64,000 nucleotides of DNA from Myxococcales bacterium (lineage in GTDB: Bacteria; Myxococcota_A; Polyangia; Polyangiales; GCA-016699535). The translations under genes and the position numbers were made by a program. Below, one piece after another: positions 61,880 through 64,000 of this stretch. Location: positions 178,179 to 242,178 of the forward strand of contig JACKDX010000001.1 of NCBI GenBank assembly GCA_020633325.1. Reading direction: 5' to 3'. The number at the start of each line of letters is the position of its first letter. The first letter of the stretch is position 1. The notes below the pieces were generated by a model. The model had not been told where the DNA came from. It made no database searches and saw only the letters and a list, made by a program, of their open reading frames with translations.

Positions 61880-63326
61880 ATGCCGTCATCTATAGCCGCC
61901 GATGATTTGGCTGAGATCAGCGAGACCGATGTATCCGAGTTTCGCCTGATTCGGGGGCGCTTTTCTCAGAACAGAGTTCGCAAATACTTACGGCAAGTGT
62001 TTTCTGACGAAGAAGTCTGCGCCATGAAGAACGCAGGCGTTGACCGACGCATGATTTTCGGTGTCAATGCCCACTATCATGCTTTAGCGACAGGGGGTGG
62101 CCTCACTCTGGAAAACGGAACACGGCTCTTACCGGACATGCCCCCTAGCAAGGCGCTGCTGGCACTGATCATGCCAAGGCTCAAGGAGACCCTTGACATG
62201 CGTGGCGAGAAAGACCCATCCAATCAGAGTCGCTACACGCCCGATGCGCTCGCCGGCAGAATCCTACACAAGTACGACGAAATCGTGCTGGCGCACACGC
62301 TCTTTAGCGTGCTCTGCCCATTGTCGATATTGTTACCGGCTCGATTTATTCAACCAGTCTACCGGCAAAGAACTTGTCCAGCCCCACGAGTTGCGCGACT
62401 ACATTCGCAGTTATAACGAAGCACTCCACGGGGACCATGCCTCATCGCAAGCAGGCTCTACGACCCGGGGTTCGGCATACTATCCCATACGGGAGTTGCT
62501 TCTGTCAGGCGGTGACCCAATGGTGATGACCAACAAGAAGTTATATAAATTTCTTGAGGTCGCAGCGCAATCGGGCATTCAGATTGTGCGAATTGGAACC
62601 AAAGAGCTCGCGTTTCGCCCAGAGCGTTTCGATAATGCTTTTCGCGAGATGCTCCAAACCTTTAATAATAGATATCCAAATATCCACATTATTTTTGTCG
62701 TGCATTTCAGTCATCCCGATGAGTTTATCGAACGTGACAGCGAAGGGAACTACATTTGCGATGGACACGGTATGCGGTGGCTATCTGTTGTACATGCCGC
62801 CGTCACGTCCTTGCGTTCTTTTGATTTTGTAACCTTGGAAAACCAAACTCCAATGATAGACCGCGTAAATGACGATCCCCAAACGCTGCGGATACTTCAC
62901 CAAGAGCTCCGAGCGGCTGGTATTAGAACAAAATACATTTTTCAGTGTCGAGAAATCGAAGGACATCGCGCCTTTGCTGTGCCGCTAGAAAAAGCATGGT
63001 CCATCTACAACGAATCGCAAAAGGGGCTTTCCGATTCCGCACGTTCGCGTTTTGTTATGGCCACGGAAGACGGAAAAATGGAAATTGTCGGTATGATCCC
63101 CGGATCTTCGCAAGCAAAAATTGCTTCGTTCCTTAGCCCAGCGACTTCGACGGGCAAAACTGCGTCTGAAGAAGGTGTCATCATCTTCAAGATGCATCGG
63201 GCCCCCATTGGGTCCAATTTACTGGGAGCATTAATAGTGGCCCAACGAAATCCGGACGCACTGTGGATCACGGGCTACGAAGATCGATTGGTCTACGATG
63301 GACGAAAAGCGCAACCCGATGGGTGA
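61880..63326 (+). pseudogene. KamA-family radical SAM aminomutase-like gene interrupted by an apparent +1 frameshift near 62300
   Basis: The upstream frame ends in ...GRILHKYDEIVLAHT. The downstream frame continues SLACSAHCRYCYRLDLF...LLSGGDPM...VRIGTKE...VHFSHPDE...NQTPMIDRVNDD...YIFQCREIEGHRAF...ATEDGKMEI. Confidence 0.6.
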
Positions 63327-63329
63327 CTC

Positions 63330-64000
63330 TTAGCGGCGACGCCGTACGCCGAGCAACATCAATGCGATGAGCCATGGTGCGGCTCCGAAGGCAGACGTGG
63401 GGACGCCCACGGGGGCCACGGCGCAAGATGCGCTGCCGCTTGCGCTGGCCTGGGCTTCATACTCCACCTCAAAGTGGAGATCTTGGAGCGCATCAATGCA
63501 TTGCTGGAGATTGTCCCCGTGATCGACATAGTTTCCACTACAGAATAGCGACCCTTCCGTGCCCTGGCAGCTCGCCTCGCAGCCCCCTGTCAAGTCTGCT
63601 TTGCATTCTAAATACCCATCTGCCTGGCAGTTGATCTGACAGTCCAGATTGGCTTGCGCGGTACAAGAGCCGGTACAACTCGCCTCGCATTGAGCGCTAC
63701 AATCCGCGCTTGGAGGAACCACGTTGCATTCGGCATCGCAATTTGCGGCGCAGGTGGCATCGCAGGAGGCCTCGCATTCGGCCTGATTGTTGCTGGCAGA
63801 ACACTGGGCGCTGCAGCTCCCCGAACAATCAGCTTGGCAAGATCCGCTACACTCAAAGGCGCCCGGATCTATTGCACAATCGGCACTACAATCGGCCACA
63901 CATTCGCCGGTGCAGTCTACGTCGGCGCTAAAGTTGCACTCGCCATTGCAGCTTGCGGTGAGTTCCGCCGCGCATGCGACTTGCACGGAAGGGGGTGTAC
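63330..64000 (-). CDS. Cys-rich C-x3-C periodic secreted protein with MYXO-CTERM-like tail (5' end outside the window)
   Basis: The frame stays open to the window edge. 29 Cys in the 218 visible aa. The C-terminus ...SGSASCAVAP...WLIALMLLGVRRRR ends at the stop codon. Confidence 0.6.
   Translation of the reverse strand, partial: TPPSVQVACAAELTASCNGECNFSADVDCTGECVADCSADCAIDPGAFECSGSCQADCSGSCSAQCSASNNQAECEASCDATCAANCDAECNVVPPSADCSAQCEASCTGSCTAQANLDCQINCQADGYLECKADLTGGCEASCQGTEGSLFCSGNYVDHGDNLQQCIDALQDLHFEVEYEAQASASGSASCAVAPVGVPTSAFGAAPWLIALMLLGVRRRR

Overview
Moderately GC-rich, densely coding bacterial chromosomal segment with about 60 genes, many with overlapping stop and start codons. It most resembles a Myxococcota/Bradymonadia-like deltaproteobacterium. 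That placement is an inference from the many lipobox lipoproteins, a MYXO-CTERM-like tail, a minor-pilin/PilY1 operon, and FHA, TPR and ECF sigma genes. Housekeeping content: rsmG, an AmgK-like kinase, Thermotoga-type DAHP synthase, dnaJ, hemW-ccmA-ccmB, mpl, gyrB, uvrD, ftsK, slt, purine nucleoside phosphorylase, a LolC/E-like permease, tRNA-Gly(GCC) and tRNA-Leu(CAG). The most interesting stretch is one minus-strand block (16136 down to 10880) plus the convergent phnW-like gene. It holds two things. (a) A compact RiPP-type cluster: an 80-aa signal/lipobox peptide with an EGSCGAGSCGA core, a DUF692 (MNIO) enzyme and a DUF2063 partner. (b) A phosphonate-like head-group cluster: a PEP-mutase-like enzyme fused to a degenerate nucleotidyltransferase domain, a canonical LicC-like nucleotidyltransferase, a CDP-alcohol phosphatidyltransferase and a PhnW-like transaminase. 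In (b) the mutase active-site loop reads EDN-x5-CS instead of the canonical EDK-x5-NS, and no phosphonopyruvate decarboxylase is present in the window. Other notable items: a membrane-anchored protein with three tandem DsbA domains; a tightly coupled fimT-pilV-pilW-pilX-pilY1 operon extended by three lipoprotein/OmpA-like genes; and a lipoprotein with an amidoligase-like domain. The window end holds a VapBC pair, an AT-richer KamA-family radical SAM gene split by an apparent +1 frameshift, and a truncated C-x3-C-periodic Cys-rich protein with a MYXO-CTERM-like tail. I saw no CRISPR array, rRNA, transposase or integrase. All family assignments come from motif recognition by eye and need HMM or BLAST confirmation.
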